This document shows, one piece after another, positions 49,321-62,672 of a stretch of 64,000 nt of DNA; the stretch's first letter is position 1, and every line of letters begins with the position of its first letter. The notes beneath the pieces are model-generated. The model did not search any database and was not told the DNA's origin. It worked only from the letters and a program-made list of their open reading frames with translations. Where the stretch lies: the NCBI RefSeq assembly GCF_006345805.1, contig NC_042999.1:103912001-103976000 (forward strand). Reading direction: 5' to 3'. The stretch comes from Octopus sinensis. Its lineage: Eukaryota. The position numbers were made by a program, and so were the translations under genes.

Positions 49321-49825
49321 CACGTTCCTTTCAGTTTCTATTAACCAAATCCATTCTAAAGGCTTTAGTTGGCTCAGGGTTATACTAGAATAGTAGAAGT
49401 CTCTTTGCCCAAGGGACCATGCACAATATGGTTGGGATGCAAACTTCTTACCACACAGCCATATTTGCACCAACATACATGGACGGACACACACACACAC
49501 AACTGTCATCATCATCATCATCATTTAATGTCCATGTTCCACGTTGGCATTGCATGGTGCAAAGACTGCATTATGCTCCAGTGTCTGCTTTGGCATGGTT
49601 TCTACTGCTGGATGCCAAACACTTTACAGCATAAACTGGGTGCTTTTCCTCATACCACCAACATTAGTGAGGTCACCATGCAGCTCACAAGTCTAGAAAA
49701 CCTGTCAGAAGGGGTTTTATTCTAACTGATGAGGATTAAGCATGAGAGAAGAGGATGGGGAAGAGCAGGTTCATGTTATACAGAAGCTACGTGGCTACTC
49801 ATATTTAGGAATACACACACACCGC

Positions 49826-50110
49826 ACGTGGTTGTGTGGTAAGAAGCTTGTTTCCCAACTACATGGGTCCAGATTCAGTTCCTCTACGTGGTATCTTGGA
49901 CAAATGTTTTCTACTATGGCCTCAGGCAGACCAAAGCCTTGTGAGTGACTTTGGTAGACAGAAACTGAAAGAAGCCCATGAGAGAGAGAGATCTGTCTCT
50001 GTGTGTCTTTGTCCTTGGGTGTATCCCCCACCACTGCTTGACAACCAGTGTTGATGTGTTCATGTCCCTGTAATATAGCAGTTCAGCAAAAGAAACTGAT
50101 AGAATAAGTA
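49826..50110 (+). mobile_element. SINE-A, 3'-truncated
   Basis: Head and body present. Confidence 0.75.
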
Positions 50111-51701
50111 CAGAAAAATTCAGAATACCTGAAACATGTATAACGTAGATAACTCTGCAGCTATTTATTTGAAAGCCTTTAACTGTAGAGATTACACTGT
50201 GGTGGGGAAGGGAAATCCTTTTCTGCTTACTTAGAAAATAAGATATTTTCACATCATTTCAAACTCCACAGCAAAAATACCCTTCAACAATAACTACAGA
50301 GTGATCTACATCGTACTTCCAGAAACATTTTAATGAGCCTTTATCCATGGTAGATGGTTCTAGCAACCCTAAAATTTAATTTTCTACTCAAATTGCAAGA
50401 GTGGTTTTTTACTCTCACATACCCTTACAAATATTAAATTTCCAGCCAGTAAACCAAACCTGGTTTTCTTTAGAAATATCCACAGAGTACTTGATGGTTG
50501 GAGCTTTTCAGTTGCCTCAATATATGAAAGAATATACTACAGCAGCATTGAAAACTGATATTAATCTTATCCAAAGACAAACTAATATCTTCTTTTATCT
50601 TTTGTATCTTCATATTAACTCTTCTTCCACTTCTCAGTTGGCTTCTTAAAAACTTGCTAGCACTGTACCATACCATTCCTCACTGAAACCATCTCTTCTC
50701 TTATAATCACTTACTGCATGTTCAAAAGTTTGACTCAGCCTGATAATAGATCAGGCACATTGCAGTGTTGAAAAACATTTTAGTTATTCTATTGTTTGCT
50801 ACTAGCATTATGAACCTAACAACAGAAACTCTACCTGAATCTTGGACTGCTAGAAATAAGAGCTAAATTTCTTTCAAATCACATACTACTTGTCTTAAAA
50901 GAAAACCACATTGGACAATGTAATTCTAGGTATACAAAAAGAAAGAATAGTAATAGTCAAAATGCTCAATCAGAGCTGACCTGAGGCTAAAAACTACTAC
51001 TACTACTACCACCACCACCAGCAGCAAACATGGTTTTAAAGCACCACCACCACCCTGCCAGCTCTGAGGTTAGTGAGTTCATTTATCACCTTTGGGGGCA
51101 GTGGAAGACTATTTGCTAAGGTTATGAGGAGGGAGGAGAAAGAAAAACAATGATGTGGCTGATCAGGCAAAAGGGAGATAGGAACCCCTTTTTTTTTTTT
51201 TTCACAGACTCCCAGAAGGGTTGCAGGAGTGAAAGGAGGTAGGTTAATAAGTATAATGTACTGTTAACAATAAATAGCAGGCTCCACAGCCTGCCTAGGT
51301 TGTAACACATGATGCCTATTAAAACAGATAACATGTGAACTGGAAGGGAAATAAGGGAATGAGAAGGAGGGGATGGTTAAAAAAGACTGTCAGACAAAGG
51401 TAGGAGGTAAGTGTGAATTTGGAGAGAATTCAGAGGTCAGAGGGATGGATAAGTAGGCACAAGCCTGTCTGTCATTGTAAAACATACAAGTGCCAGTCAA
51501 TATAACTTTTACATTGTGCAAACACACACACATGCATGCATGAAGGCACATGCCTACATACACACGCATGCACACACACGTGCACACCTACACACTTAGT
51601 ATATAGGTTTTTAACCAAATAAGTAAGGTAGGTGTCTATCGCTGGATAATGAGGATTCAGTTTGTTCAATCATCAAAATAACCTACTCCCAAATTAAAAG
51701 T

Positions 51702-52350
51702 TTAATCTTTTAGCATTCAAACCAGCCATATTCAGGAGTGACTGTGTGGTAAGTAGCTTGCTGACCAACAACATGGTTCCGGGTTCAGTCCCACTGTGTA
51801 GCACCTTGGGCAAGTGTCTTCTACAATAGCCTCGAGCCGACCAAAGCTTTGTGAGTGGATTTGGTAAACAGAAACTGAAAGAAGCCTGCCGTGTGTATAT
51901 ATATATATATATAGATATATATGTATGTATGTATGAATGTATGTATGTATGTATGTGTATATGTTTATGTGCCTGTGTTTGTCTCCCCAACAACGCTTGA
52001 CAACTAATGCTGGTGTGTTTACGCCCCCATAACTTATCGGTTCAGCATAAGAGACTGACAGAATAAGTACTAGTCTTACAAAAAATAAGTCCTGGGATCG
52101 AGTTGCTTGACTAAAAGGTGGTGATCCAGCATGGCCGCAGTCAAAAGACCGAAACAAGTAAAAGAGTAACCTGTTTTATATTGAAACTGATCAGATCTGG
52201 CATTTCACCTCACCCCTACAATGCCATTCTAAAACTGAGCACTCGCATCATTGAAATCTCTGAATTACAAGATAATGCATGATTAATTAAAAACAATATA
52301 AATAAACAAACATTACATTTGACAGAATAATCTGAATACTAAAGGGTTAA
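51702..52350. mobile_element. MITE-E (TTAA-bounded) containing a nested full SINE-A (51733-52167, + strand)
   Basis: ttaatcttttagcatt start; SINE-A insertion; MITE resumes to aaagggttaa. Confidence 0.85.
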
Positions 52351-52629
52351 AGATACACTATAGACAGGTGTACCCTAAATATAATTCTCATGTAGAATCA
52401 GTGTGATAGTGTGCAACAATGTTGTCCTTTTGAAGTACATGTACAATCCACCTGACAGGCTTCAGTACAATTTCTGTCTACCCAGTTCCACTCATTAGGC
52501 ATGGGCTGACCTAAGGCTAAAGAAAATAATGACATTTGCCCAAGATGTTCTGCAGTGGGATTGAACTTGGGCCTCGATACAGGTAAATTAAATGTCCATA
52601 GAAACTTTTGCATGCTTAAGATAAGAGTT

Positions 52630-53575
52630 CCCATAATTGAATCTTGAAAAATTAGAGAAATTCCAGACAACAGGTTTCAAAGTAAACCTAAGGAAAGATA
52701 AGTTTTTATTGAGAGAAACGAAGACAGAGTGTAACAGCTATTTAACATCTGTTAAGTCATGTGCAATATGCAGAAAAGGAGTGAGCATAAATTCCATGTG
52801 GTGTATGCAATGTAAACTATGGGTGCACAAGACATGCACTTAGGTCACAACCTAACTGAGAAAAAGGATTACATATGAAGCAGAAGCACATGATTTAGTT
52901 AGCATTTAAGAGTACTCATGATACTAATTCTTTCAAATGCTCAGAGGTCCCTAGATGTAATTGATCATTCTTGTTTTCTATACAGCCTAATTAGCCGTGA
53001 GGGAGGTTGTATAGAAAGCAGTGTGTGTGTGTGTGTGTGTGTTGCTTTGACTGTCAACACAATCCATAAGGATGTTATGGAAAAAGTTCGGGAAGCAATG
53101 GGTTCTGCAGGTAACAAAGGAGTCTTTGTTGAACAGACAGATTGTATGATGCATGCATACAAAGTGCGGATGTTGTATAGTGGTGAAATGTGGGTACTGA
53201 ACAGGAAGAGGGAAAGAAACAAAGAGTGCATGCTTTGTTGGATGCATAGTGTTAATTATGCATGTATGAAATGCACACACAAACCATGAAAAGGGCCAAG
53301 TAGAAGAGAAATCAGATGTAATGTACCAGACAGTAGATTGAGCTTATACAAACATGATGTATATGAAAGCTGACAAGTGGGTAAAGAAGTGCTAAGCAAT
53401 TCAAGGGAAAGAAACTTGCGGGAGACGATCAAAGACAAAGGAAGAAATAAAGAAAGCTAATCTCAGGAAGCTGAGCAAAGATGACAAAGGACTGTAACTA
53501 GTGGAAAGATGCGATACTGAAGAAGATTCATGAAATTCATGTAAGCATGAGGAAAGAGATATAATAATGATGAAT
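52630..53575 (+). pseudogene. Decayed RTE-clade LINE ORF 3' part with PHD-like Cys/His motif
   Basis: Translation TGFKVNLRK..., CAICRKGVSINSMWCMQCKLWVHKTC, SLDVIDH..FLYSLISREGGC, MLYSGEMW, MLCWM; RTE-type 3' end; multiple stops and frameshifts. Confidence 0.8.
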
Positions 53576-53779
53576 TTATTTTAATACATATGCTTTGTTG
53601 TATTTTCATGTCTTAATTAGCTTTACTTTATTATATAGAGTTGTAAGACAGGTACAACGCCAGACAAAAATTTCCTCTAACCAGGCACTGAAACACTGCC
53701 ATTCAATGTTTAAAAACTAGTTTTACAGAAACTTCTACAAAATTCTTTCAACACACTTCCTTCATAATGAAGGATTTCA

Positions 53780-53985
53780 AATTTTGGCACAAGGCCAATA
53801 ATTTTTAGAGGAGGAATAAGTCAATTACAATATCAATTCTGTCAAATGTTTGGTACATGCATAAAGATGAAAGGCAAAGTCAATCTTGGCAGAATTTGAA
53901 CTCAAAATGTAATGAATTGGAAGAATTACTGAAAAACTTTCTGTCCAACTCTCTAGTAGTTCTGCCAGCTCACAGCCTTTACTGC
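53780..53985 (-). mobile_element. SINE family B
   Basis: rc Meta-like core 'gatgaaaggcaaagtcaatcttggcagaatttgaactc'. Confidence 0.7.
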
Positions 53986-54224
53986 CCTTATAATGAATAA
54001 CAATAATAATGTTGTATTTGTAACATAGATATAGGGTCAAAAATTTTAAGGAAGAAGTTGTTCCCAAATCATTCCTGGTTAAGTAGAACTAATAATGCAG
54101 AAGGGAATTAATTATAGGAGTATGTACAAGGTATGTTTGCTGCACATATTAAAATATTAGATAGAATTGTTTTTAATTTTTGCACAGGGCTATGAATTTG
54201 AAACAGGAGAGGTGCATTTTTAAA

Positions 54225-54612
54225 ATTCTTTTACTTGTTTCAGTCATTTGATAGCAGCCATGGGCACCACCTTGAGGGGTTTTAGTTGAACAAATCAACC
54301 CCAAGACTATATTTTCTTTTCTTTTTTTCAAGCCTAGTACTAATTTTATCAGTTCTTTTGCTGAACCACTAAGTTACGGGGACATAAACACACCAACACC
54401 AATTGTCAAGCAGTAATGGGGGACAAACACAGACACAAAGACACACACATAATACGATGAGCTCTTTTCAGTTTCTGTCTACCCAAATCACTCACAAAGC
54501 TTTGGTCAGCTTGAGGCTATAGTTGAAGACACTTGCCCAAGGTGTCATGCAGTAAGACTGAACCCAGAACCATGTGGTTGGGAAGCAAGCTTCTTACCAC
54601 ACAGCCAAACCT
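54225..54612 (-). mobile_element. SINE-A, full length
   Basis: rc tail to head. Confidence 0.85.
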
Positions 54613-55859
54613 GCATGTATAAAGTTATTTTCATTGATCCCATTATATGACAGGTATTATACTGACTTTGGAAAGAGCAGTAAACCTTGACTCACATAGG
54701 ATTTATTTATTTTGTGAACAATAGCATCATTGATTATAGGTTTTGGATGTACGGACCAATCACTAGTTCACTGATGGTGAGAGTGACAAGAGATTATCTG
54801 TGCAACTCAGACAAAATAATTACCAGAAAGTATTTTTATTCAATGCAATGGTTTATGAGAGGTAATTTTATTGCCAATACATATGTATGCTCCTCTGTGT
54901 ATGCGCATGCCTGTGCGTGTGAGTGCACACACACACACGTGCATGCTATGTGCATGCATAATGTTGTTTGTGGCGTGTGTGTTATGAAGATAGCATAAAC
55001 TGACAATATGTCAGAATGCAGTTCCATCCAATCTTACGCCAGCATAGATAGACAGGATGTTAAAACAGCGTCGGAGATGGTGATGTGTATGAATGGAGGT
55101 GTTGTGTGAGCAAGTGTGCATGACCTCCACTCCCAGACACAAACCATTTAGCTAAGTAAAAAGGATGGACAGGAAGACTGATAAACAGCTGACTACATAC
55201 AATACATATATGTTTGTGCGCATGTGTGTGTGCACGAGGTTGCAAGCACACACATACATACGCTTGCATAACAGACAAGCAAAAACCAAACAAATACAAA
55301 TCAGTAGAAAACTCATATGCATACATAATATCAAATATTAGTTCACTAGTAACCTCTAACTGTTTTTGTCTCTTTGTTTGCATCACCACAACCTGTTAAA
55401 ATAAATAGCAGCTAAATTTCCTCCAAATCCCAAGTTTATCTTAAACCTTTTGTTAAGACACTTCTGATGAAATAAAGTTCCTTTGCTTCAATTAATTCTG
55501 AAAATATTGACGGATTCAGTAAAATAACTGTCATTGTTAACTAGTGTTTGGTTTGTAACAAAATGTATCAGAACTAAAAGCAATTTCAGGAGGATTGGCT
55601 GTAAAAAGTTTTCAAAATTTGAAGGACACATTAATTAGATAAGATAATATCAGATTCACTTAAAAGACCAGAATGTTGACAACCCGGATCATAGAACTTT
55701 GATCAAAGATGTTCAAAACTGTCATTAAAAAAACAAAAAACAGACAAGAAATACAAAGAACCAATGAAGTGATATCTCTCACTAAATAAGTAAATTATAT
55801 GTGTGTGCTTGAGTGTGTGTGTGTGTGTGTGAGGATAACTATGCATATATAGATAATGA

Positions 55860-56560
55860 TGATCATCATCATAGTTTAATGTCTATTTTCCATGCTAGCA
55901 TGGGTTGGATGATTTGACAGCAACTGGCTAGTTGAGGACCTGTCCAGACTCCAATTGCCAGTTGCAGCATGGTTTCTATGACTGGATGCCTTTTCCTAAC
56001 ACCAGCCACATCACAGAGTGTGTTGGGTGCTTTTAACATTCGACCACCATGGGTACATTTAAAGTGGCACCAGCACCTGCAAAGGATAAGACAATATGTA
56101 TGAAATGCAGCGATTTTACTTGGCTTGACATCTGAGACACCATTCATCATCTGAGGCATTTTATATTCAAAGAATTGTCCGTATGCCAATTTTTTCATGA
56201 TGAGGGACATTCATAAATTGAGGCTGCACTGTAGTGCAAAAACATACCACAGACTTCAATAGCCAAAAAATCATTATCATCTAATGTGAGTTCTCAATGC
56301 TGGCATGGGTTGGACAGTTTGACAGGAGCTGGTCAGCTTGGGGGGGTTGTCCAAATCACCATTTGCCTGTTTTGGCATGATTTCTACTGCTGGATGCCCT
56401 TCCTGATGCCAACTACTTTACAGAGTGTATCAGGTGCGTCTTATATGGCACCAGCACAGGTGCTTTTACATTTCACTAGTATGGGCACTTTTTTACATGG
56501 CACCTGCACAGGCACTTTTATGTGGCACCAGCACCCACGAACCCATGAGACTAGGATCTC
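55860..56560 (-). mobile_element. Two family-D copies (55860-56075 and 56270-56560)
   Basis: (CAT)n tails plus rc 3' ends and 'ttttacatggcacc' modules. Confidence 0.7.
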
Positions 56561-57202
56561 TCAGCTGAAAGAGGGTTGTAGACAACATGCCTATATGCAT
56601 GAACAACCACGATTTTAAAAATCATAGTTTTAGAAATCAAATTTAATAATTTATTCTTTCTATGCAGCCAAGTACCAAATGATCCATGGCCCAGTACTGG
56701 GCTGGGGTCTGGTGATTGACAGGGACCCCACCATACACCACTATATGATGCATGTTTATTTTATTTGCATGTACATAAGAATGTCTATATTTGTAAATTT
56801 GTCACCAAATGGAATTTTGAGTAGCTTGAGTAAATATAGATGTGGTTTTCAATAGTGTACATGCATATATGTTTGAAATGTCTATGTGCATGTATTATAT
56901 ATCTGTTTTTAAACCAGCATTCTGTCATCTGCAATAAATAAACATAATAGGAAATAAAACTTCTTAAAACCTTTTTCCCTTGTTTACCAACACACTGAAA
57001 CAAAGCGCAGTCTTATGTTGTAACTAAATAATTTCTGCAGCTGTTTACAGTTTGTCTTCACCATTAGGAAAAATTTTCCATTTATTTATATAAAGATTAT
57101 TACTGAAATATATTAGCTGAATTATCAGAGGTAATGAATCCATATTTAAATATTACAACATGTCTCAAGTAGTAAGTGTGTGTGTGTGTATATAATATAT
57201 AC

Positions 57203-57249
<47 letters not shown>

Positions 57250-57864
57250 CTCTAGAGGAAAACTGTTTGTAACTAGGAAGAACAGTGTAGCAGAAATCCT
57301 TTACTGGTTGCTATGAAACTTGATAAAAAGGAAAGAAAAAAAAATTGGGGGAGGGGGTAAGGGGGTAAGAGCTTCAAGACAACCTACAAGAGATCCTCTC
57401 AAAATGGCAGACCTCCTTCAAGTCACATCCCAACTATCTTTAAAAAAAATGGGCTATATTTGATAGATTTACACAATATCTGGGGGAAAAAATCAGAGGA
57501 ACAGATATGCTAATTCATATATTTTATTCTTATATATATAAATCATCATTGTTTAATGTCCGTTTTCCATGCTGGCATGGGTTATATATATATATATATT
57601 TATTCTTTTATTGGTTTCAGTCATTGAAGCATGACTATGACAAGGATTTTAGTTGATGATATCAATCTTAATACTTTTTCTACGTTGACACTTTTTGATC
57701 AATTTCAAATTATCAAATTGTTAATTTACATTTTTTTTTTTTTTACATGAAGGAAAGTAATCTAAAAACCATTTGAAATCTGAAAACATAAGCACTCACT
57801 CATGTGCGTACACATAAACAAACAAACAAAAGTACTCAATATCATACTTGAGATTAATAATCAT

Positions 57865-58035
57865 TTCAAATTTTTGCCACAAGGGCAGCTTGGGATGAGT
57901 CGATTACAGTAACCCCAGTCTTCAACTGGTATTTATTTTATCGATCCCAGAAGGATGAAAGGCAAAGTCAACCTCACGGAATTTGAATTCAGATGGACAA
58001 AATACCACTAAGCATTTCATCAAGCGCACTAATAG
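57865..58035 (-). mobile_element. SINE family B
   Basis: rc Meta-like core. Confidence 0.75.
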
Positions 58036-58057
58036 TTGAGATTAATAATATACTTTA

Positions 58058-58207
58058 TTTGGTCTTGTCAGTCTCTTGCTACTCAAGTTTCTCCTGTGAG
58101 TGCATAGGATCTTCAGGCAAGTTATGAGTCATAACTTGCCTGAAGATTTTGTGCACTCACAGGGGAAACTCAAAGTAGCTAGAGACTAAGAGACTGACTC
58201 AACCAAA
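58058..58207. repeat. Near-perfect ~150-nt palindrome (hairpin) centred on 58128
   Basis: 42 consecutive pairs 58086-58127 / 58129-58170 (38 Watson-Crick + 4 G:U on +); outer arms continue with an 8-nt insertion. Confidence 0.9.
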
Positions 58208-58289
58208 ATAATAGTTGTTTTGTTTTTTTTACCTGTTTCAGTCAATGATCTGCCACCATACTGGGATATCCACCTTGAAGGGTTTAGCC

Positions 58290-58994
58290 CAGTGGTTCTC
58301 AACTGGGTTCCATACGACCTGGGGGGATCCATATAAGTTTTTTAGGGGTTCACACAAGTAAAATAGTAAATTAGAGATCAATCGTAGTTTTTTTTTGGGG
58401 GGGGGGGGTCTATGAAAAAGTTTTGCTTTCCCTATACTCTCAAAGGATCTTTGTCCTGCAAGTTACTTGGTGACCCAGCCAGTGTTGGTGCCACGTAAAA
58501 AGCATCCAGTCCACACTGTAAAGTGGTCAGTGTTTGGAAGGGCATCCAGCTGTAAAAGCCATGCCAAAACTGACCTCACCTGTGCCCATGCTATGTAAAA
58601 AGCACTTTGTCCACTGTTTGGTGGGTGGGTGGGTGGTGTTAGGAAGGGCATCCAGCCGTAAAAACCATGCCAAAACAGACACAGAAGTCTGGTGGTCTCC
58701 TGCCTGGTCAGCTCCTGTCAAACCATTCAACCCATGCCAACATGGTAGACAGACATTAAACAATGATGATGATGATACATTTATTACTAGAAACGGCTAG
58801 GTTTCTTTTTCTAATATTATACATAGTTCAAACTACACAAGTGAATGCGTGAAAAAAAAAAAAAATAGAAATTTTAAAAGAAGTTTCTACAAAACTAGTT
58901 TTTAAACATTGAATGGTTAATGGGGAGGGGAAGTCCACCAGAACAGAATAATAATCAAAGGATCTCATAAGTAAAAAATGTTTGAGAACCACTT
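58290..58994. mobile_element. hAT-like MITE (8-bp TSD) inside a SINE-A tail, itself containing a family-D copy (58450-58775)
   Basis: cagtggttctcaac ... tttgagaaccact(t); TSD gtttagcc / gtttagtc; SINE-A tail resumes on both sides. Confidence 0.8.
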
Positions 58995-59090
58995 GTTTAG
59001 TCAACCAAAATGACTCGACCCCAGCACTTATTTATTTTTTAAGCTTAGTATATAGCAAAAGCAGATGTGATGATCGTAGTTGGACCACTT

Positions 59091-59318
59091 TTAACTCTTT
59101 AGTATTCATATTATTCTGTTGAAAGTAGTACTTATTTATTCACCTTGTTTTGAATTAATCATGCATTATCTTGTAGCTTTGAGATTTTGATGAGGTAACT
59201 ATCAATTTTCAGAATGATATTATAGGGTTGGTGTGAGAGGCTAGATCTGGACAGTTTGAAGATAAAACAAGTTGAATATTTTGGCTGGATATGGCAGGTT
59301 TAAATGCTGAAGTGTTAA
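59091..59318. mobile_element. piggyBac-like MITE family E
   Basis: TTAA at both ends. Confidence 0.8.
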
Positions 59319-59642
59319 ACAGGTTTGCTTGATCAGAACTAAATCGGATGGAGTGAGCAGAGCTAAACAACAATAATTACAACCAATTAAGCAGAATACT
59401 ATTTATCAACTCAGGTATCCATGAAGTCCCTTCAAGAGAAAAGAGCAGGGACCCAACTCTAAAACAAGTAAGACTGATACAATTGAGTCGATGCTTATGG
59501 CCAGAGATGGTGTGTGGGTGAGATACAATATGGATAATGAGAAAAGGAAACTGATGTTGGGTGGTTTTCACTAAGCCAGTTCGGAAGAACAGAGGCAGTT
59601 GTAATACCAATAAAAGTAGAATGAGGAGTTATCATTGCTGAC

Positions 59643-59960
59643 AAGTGCATGGCTTAATGGTTAGGGTATTTGGCTCACGACCATAAGGTCGTGAGTTCAT
59701 TTCCTGGTGATGCATTGTGTCCTTGAGCAAGACACTATTTCATGTTGCTCCAGTTCACTCAACTGGCAAAAATGAGTAGCACCTATATTTCAAAGGGCCA
59801 GCCTTGTCACACTCTGTCATGCTGAATCGCCCTGGGATTAAGTTAAGGGTACACGTGTCTGTGGAGTGCTCAGCCACTTGCATGGTAATTTCATGAACAG
59901 GCTGTTCTGCTGATTGGATCAACTGGAACCCTCATAACTGACAGAGTACCAGTTACAAGC
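59643..59960 (+). mobile_element. SINE family C, variant tail
   Basis: 'gtgcatggcttaatggttagggtatttggctcacga...ccttgagcaagacactatttc...'. Confidence 0.8.
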
Positions 59961-60224
59961 CAATAACCATACCATACTTAACTCTGAGAAATGCTATCTG
60001 CAGTATAACCTACTTATAAAGAACATACTTTCTCATAGCATTCCAAACCACTTAAAATATTTAATTATTTTATTTTCTTAGTATCTGAACTCATTATAAA
60101 AGGCAAATCAAAATTCTAGCATGCACCTTGTCTAATTAAATTATAAGTTAAGTCTGAATTAATTGCTTAAATTAACTATAAATATATACATATACACACA
60201 CATACATATATATAAACTTTTGGT

Positions 60225-60526
60225 CATGAATGACCATTGGAATGCACTTAGGAAGTTACCCCTGAGGCACAAGTCTGGGCAAGGTTGTTTATGGAAGACC
60301 AGCAGTCCACCTATGCATACCAGCCTCCCCTCTTCACACCACCGATGTTATCCAAGGGAATGGCAAAAGCCAATACAGCTTGGCACCAGTGATGTCTGAG
60401 TGAACTGAAGCAACATGAAATAAAGTGTCTTGCTCAAGAATACAACACACAACCCAGTCCAGGAACCGAACTCACTATCTCATGATTATGTACCTGACAC
60501 TCTAACCACTGAGCCATGCACCTTCA
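60225..60526 (-). mobile_element. SINE family C
   Basis: Aligns with 8340-8634. Confidence 0.8.
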
Positions 60527-61085
60527 CTACATATATACACACCCATATTTATACATATCTGATACTGGAATATACACATTTATGTATTTTTATATTAAAA
60601 TGCTTATAAAAATACACACATACACCCACACATGAATGGGTGAATGAGCCACCAAGTAACAGACAGAATGATGGGCAGACATCAATATTATATAATTGTT
60701 ATTTGTTTTGCATATGCATGCTGCAAACAGAATCAAGCAACAATGTGTATATTTGTCATACTATAGCATAACTGGCTGAATATTCCACAAATGTCAATCC
60801 TTGAAGTGATCCTTGAATTTACAAAACAAAAGGTGACATTATATGACGAGATTGATTGAACCTTTGAATTACAAGTATAGCCTAACTGAATGGGCTTCTA
60901 CATAGAATCCCTTTATCTAATTTTTCTGTCATGGATTCAGTCAACTTGAGTCAGCGCTAGAAACATTTGGCTCAGGGTGACACGAAATGGAAACAAATTT
61001 GCAGCTTTATTGAAGCAAAGTCAACTATTCAGCAACTAATAGCAGAACCATTGATGTATGCATAAATTGTTTGTGTGTGTGTGTG

Positions 61086-61158
<73 letters not shown>

Positions 61159-61337
61159 CAGAGAGAGAGAGAGAGAGAGAATATAGACAACAGGAAAACT
61201 ATAATTGTAACTAAATATGACTAGTGTTAGAAACACCTATATTGCTAGAAATAAGAGCTAAAATGCTCTAATGCTGTAGTTAAAGCATATAATTGTATAC
61301 ATTATGTACTGACAAGGACTGCAATTGCCCAAAAACA

Positions 61338-61650
61338 CAGCTGTGTGGTAAGAAGTTTGCTTCCCATCCATGTACCAAACCCTGAGTGGATTTGGTAGAG
61401 GGAAACTGACAGAAGGCTGTAGTGTGTGTGTGTGTGTGTGTGCATGCGCATTTGTCTCCACTGTCACTTGACAACTGATTTTGGTTTGTTTACATTCACA
61501 TAACTTAGCGTTTTGGCAAGTAGACTAGTAGAATAAGTATCAGGCTTTAAAAAAAAATGTAAATACTGGAATCAATTCGTTCAACTAAAATCTTTCAAGA
61601 CGGTGCCCCAGCATGGCCACAGTTAAATGACTGAAACAAGTAAAAGAAAA
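61338..61650 (+). mobile_element. SINE-A with internal deletion
   Basis: Head and tail motifs. Confidence 0.75.
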
Positions 61651-61664
61651 AAAGATACAACACT

Positions 61665-61900
61665 TAAGCATTTACTCTACAGGTTTTATGTTCTCTACTT
61701 GCTTTATGTGCTCTACAGGTTTTATATTCAAACTACCCAGATCCACCCCCTTGCACCTAACCTACAATATCATTCTAAAAATAAGCACTCACATTATCAA
61801 AAATTTGAAAGATACAAGATAATGCATGATTAATTCAAAACAATGTAGACAAATAAAGCATTACATTTGACAAAGTAACCTGAATGTTAAAGGGGTAATG
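61665..61900. mobile_element. MITE-E fragment
   Basis: Family-E body ending aaaggggtaa. Confidence 0.65.
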
Positions 61901-62301
61901 AGCAGGCATGGCTGTGTGTTAAGAAGTTTACTTCTCAATTACATCGTTCTGGGTTCAATCCCACTGTATGGCACTTGAGCAAATATCTTCTATCTGGGAC
62001 AAAAAAAAAGACTTCTGAGTGGATTTGGTAGCCAGAAACTAAAGAAGTCCAGCATACACACACACACACACACACATACACACACACAGGGTTTACTCGC
62101 AAACAAGAACATTGTTAACAGTGACTGGCTTAGCTGATGATGGCTCAGCTGGCCAAAACTTCAAAGTTACTGTCAACAATAGTCTTGTTTAAGAATAAGC
62201 TTGTACTCCAGATTAATGTATTCCCCAATTTAATGTAAAATTGTTTTTTTTTTAATTATAACTAATCATAAAAAATGTTAACATATATGTGTTAACATAT
62301 A

Positions 62302-62672
62302 GGCGCAGGAGTGGATGTGTGGTAAGTAGCTTGCTAACCAACCACATGGTTCCGGGTTCAGTCCCACTGCGTGGCATCTTGGGCAAGTGTCTTCTGCTAT
62401 AGCCCTGGGCTGACCAATGCCTTGTGAGTGGATTTGGTAGACGGAAATTGAAAGAAGCCTGTCGTATATATGTATATATGTATGTGTGTATATGTGTTTG
62501 TGTTTGTCCCCCTGGTGTGTTTACGTCCCCGTCACTTAGTGGTTCAGCAAAAGAGACCGATAGAATAAGTACTGGGCTTACAAAGAATAAGTCCTGGGGT
62601 CGATTTGCTCGACTAAAAGGCGGTGCTCCAGCATGGCTGCAGTCAAATGACTGAAACAAGTAAAAGAGAGAA
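62302..62672 (+). mobile_element. SINE-A, young full-length copy
   Basis: ggcgcaggagtgg head; CpG-rich; gaaacaagtaaaaga tail. Confidence 0.9.

Noticed and set aside
49726-49760. Other CTGATGA/CTGAAGA cores (49726, 55464, 58140)
   Set aside because: The first two lack a stem II followed by GAAA. 58140 has GAAA at 58165 but is sequestered in the 42-bp hairpin and lacks stem I/III.
59410-59620. Peptide SRDPTLKQV...WPE resembling Gypsy pol
   Set aside because: Too short and degenerate to support without a search.
62302-62375. tRNA-like A/B-box sequences (all SINE heads)
   Set aside because: No complete cloverleaf; they continue into SINE bodies, so they are not tRNA genes.
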